Positions 61,367 to 64,000 of a DNA stretch of 64,000 bases are shown piece after piece. Source of the stretch: Dipteris shenzhenensis (lineage: Eukaryota); assembly GCA_047967505.1 (NCBI GenBank), contig CM106538.1, one strand, 5' to 3'. Every line of letters begins with the position of its first letter. Position 1 is the stretch's first letter. The notes beneath the pieces were generated by a model. It saw only the letters and a list, made by a program, of their open reading frames with translations. It was not told where the DNA came from and searched no databases. A program made the translations under genes and the position numbers.

Positions 61367-64000
61367 CTATCCAATGCCCATCAATACACGACAATACTCA
61401 AACCACTGACTAGGTAGACTCTTCGTCAGCATATCTGCAGGGTTATCATCTGTATGAACCTTGACAAGCTCTATGCACTTGTCCTCAAGTATGATGAAAT
61501 GGTACCTGACCTCAATGTGTTTGGTCTTTGCATGAAAGACTGGATTCCGTGCTAGCTGAATAGCACTCATGGAATCACTATGCAATGTCGGTACACCTGT
61601 ATGAATCCCCAAATCTCCCACTAGCCGATCAAGCCATATAGCCTCCTTGTAACCCTCTGTGGCTGCAACATACTCAGCCTCTGTGGTAGACAAAGCAATG
61701 CACTTCTGTGCGTGAGACATCCACGACACTGCACCACCTGCAAAGGTGAACACATAACCAGAAGTGGATCTCCTACTATCCACATGCCCTGCATAGTCTG
61801 AATCTGTGTACCCAAGTACACGCATGTCTCCTTTACCAAAGCAGATGCACATCTCCTTGGTACCCTTCATGTACCTCATGATGCACTTAACTGCCTCCCA
61901 ATGCCTCTTTCCTGGATTAGCCATATACCGGCTAACAACTCCCACTGCAAATGCAATGTCTGGTCTAGTAGCTATCATAGCATACATAAGACTCCCAACT
62001 GCTGATGCATAAGGAACCTTGGCCATCATGGCCCTTTCCTCATCTGATTTGGGACTATCTGTATGACTCAGTTTCACATATGGAGGCAATGGAGTACTCA
62101 CTGCCTTCCCCCCCTCCATATTGAAACGTTGTAATACTTTTGTAACATACTCTTTTTGTGAAAGCTAAAGGAGTTTCCTACTCTGATCACGCGTGATGCG
62201 CATACCAAGAATATGACCTGCAAGTCCCAAATCCTTCATATCAAAGGCCTCATGCAACTTGGCCTTTAATGCATCTAGCTCATAAGTATTCTTACTAGCC
62301 AATAGCATATCATCCACATATAGTGCTAGGATTATCAGGCTATTATCCTTAGCCCTTTTAGTGTAGAGGCAGTGATCAATTTCACTCCTTCTAAAACCCT
62401 GGGACCGAATGAAAGCATCAAACTTCTGATACCATTCTCTAGGTGCTTGCTTAAGATCATAGAGACTCTTCTTCAGCTTGCAAACTAAATGCTCTTTTCC
62501 CTTTTCTTCAAAGCCTTCCGGCTGCACCATGTAAATTTCCTCATGCAAATCCCCATGCAAGAAAGCTGTCTTGACATCCATTTGCATAAGCTCCATATCC
62601 TCTACTGCCACTAGTCCAAGCATGCATCTAAGTGTGGTCATCTTCACAACTGGAGAGAATATCTCATCAAAGTCCACACCCTTCTCTTGCTTGAACCCTT
62701 TAGCAACCAAACGGGCCTTGTACCTAGGCACATCATCACCTGTGACCTTCATTTTGTAGACCCATTTACATGGCAATGCTTTCTTTCCATGTGGCAAAGA
62801 AACCAAGTCCCAAGTCTTATTCTTCATAAGTGAACTCATCTCTGATTGCATAGCATACTCCCACTTGCATTGATCCTCATGCATCATAGCCTCTCTGTAG
62901 CAAGAAGGCTCCCCGCAATCAGTAAGCATCACATAGTCTACCCCTGGAACAAACCTATCAGGTGGTCTAGACACTCTAGATGATCTTCTCAAGGGCATTT
63001 CAGCTTGCTGTCCCACTTGCATATCAGCCACATTTGGCTCATCATTTCCACCAATAGATGATCCATCATCTACCCTTGATTGTATACCTGTGGGAGTACT
63101 TGGTGGCACCATTTCTTGCACATTTGGTACATGGACAACTTGCTGTCTATCAACATATGCAGGTGGATTCACATCCTGGAAAGTGATTCTCCTCATTTCC
63201 ACGTCCCTCATGGGTGCCTTATGCATCTTCTTCTCATTGAAGACCACATCATGGCTGCGTATGATCTTCTTTGCTTCTGGATCCCAGAGACGATAGCCCA
63301 TCTCTCCACTTTCACCATAACCCAGAAAGATGCATTTCCTAGACTTAGGATCTAGCTTCTTTCGAAGCTCTTTTGGCACATGTGCATATGCCTCACACCC
63401 AAATATACGCAAATGAGAGTAAGAGGGCTTCTTGCCACTCCATGCCTCTTCAGGAATACCACCATCCAAACTCTTACTAGGTGATCTATTGATCACATGC
63501 ACTGCAGTCTTCATTGCCTCAGCCCAAAAACCACTAGAAAGACTTGCATTGGAAAGCATGCATTGCAACCTTTCTTGAATGGTACGGTTCATCTTTTCTG
63601 TAACTAGATTTTGCTCTAGAGTACGAGGGGATGTAAGCTCCCTCTTAATCCCACGAGTATCACAGAAATGCTGAAAGTCATGAGAGAGATACTCTCCACC
63701 ATTGTCAGTCCGTAGGCATTTAAGCATTCTACCTGACTGATTCTCAACCAAGGCCAGCCATTTCTGAAATACCTGGAACACATCACTCTTCCGAGCTATA
63801 GTATAAGCCCACACTTTCCTAGTTGCATCATCAATGAATGTCACATAGTATTCAGCCCTGCCTAATGACCGCGTAGGCGTGGGACCACATACGTCTGAAT
63901 GCACCAAATCAAGCATTTCAAACTCTTTCTTTCCCCTTCTTTTATGGGCTGATTTAGTCTGCTTCCCATAGAGACAGTGCTCACAAAATTCAAAATTAGA
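61367..64000 (-). mobile_element. Near-intact Ty1/copia pol (INT-RT-RNaseH), runs off the right edge
   Basis: ORFs 62165-63916 and 61367-62119 are in the same frame, split by one TAG. Motifs VHSDVCGP, LRTDNGGEY, YKARLVAKGF, QMDVKTAFLHG, YVDDML, YTDSDYAG, TKHIEVRYHF. Confidence 0.97.

Noticed and set aside
1-64000. tRNA, rRNA or organellar insertions
   Set aside because: None recognised by eye; tRNAscan-SE and Infernal were not run, so small RNAs could have been missed.

Overview
Repeat-dominated plant nuclear DNA. A DYW:KP-type PPR gene points to a U-to-C-editing lineage; a fern is most likely, though a lycophyte or hornwort is not excluded (inference). Only two intact host genes are evident: an intronless 1199-aa PLS-class PPR gene (14196-17795, +) with a truncated DYW:KP domain, and a 68-aa GPI-anchored arabinogalactan peptide gene (35192-35398, -) with a 5'-UTR intron and a CpG-rich promoter. 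The rest is mostly decayed Ty3/gypsy, Ty1/copia (one near-intact copy at the right edge) and LINE elements, tandem duplications, microsatellites and a ~345-bp foldback. Most notable: (1) a decayed convergent gene pair at 55984-56878 that seems to encode a BAH-like domain and a protein with a histone-H3-tail-like N-terminus, beside a strand-skewed, direct-repeat-bounded block carrying another small decayed gene; (2) the DYW:KP PPR, which has lost its catalytic HxE motif by frameshift but keeps an intact 29-motif array; (3) a twin-priming-type 5'-inverted LINE with a TSD ~225 bp upstream of the PPR ATG. All domain calls are by-eye motif recognition, not database hits, and TE boundaries are approximate unless a TSD or PPT is quoted.
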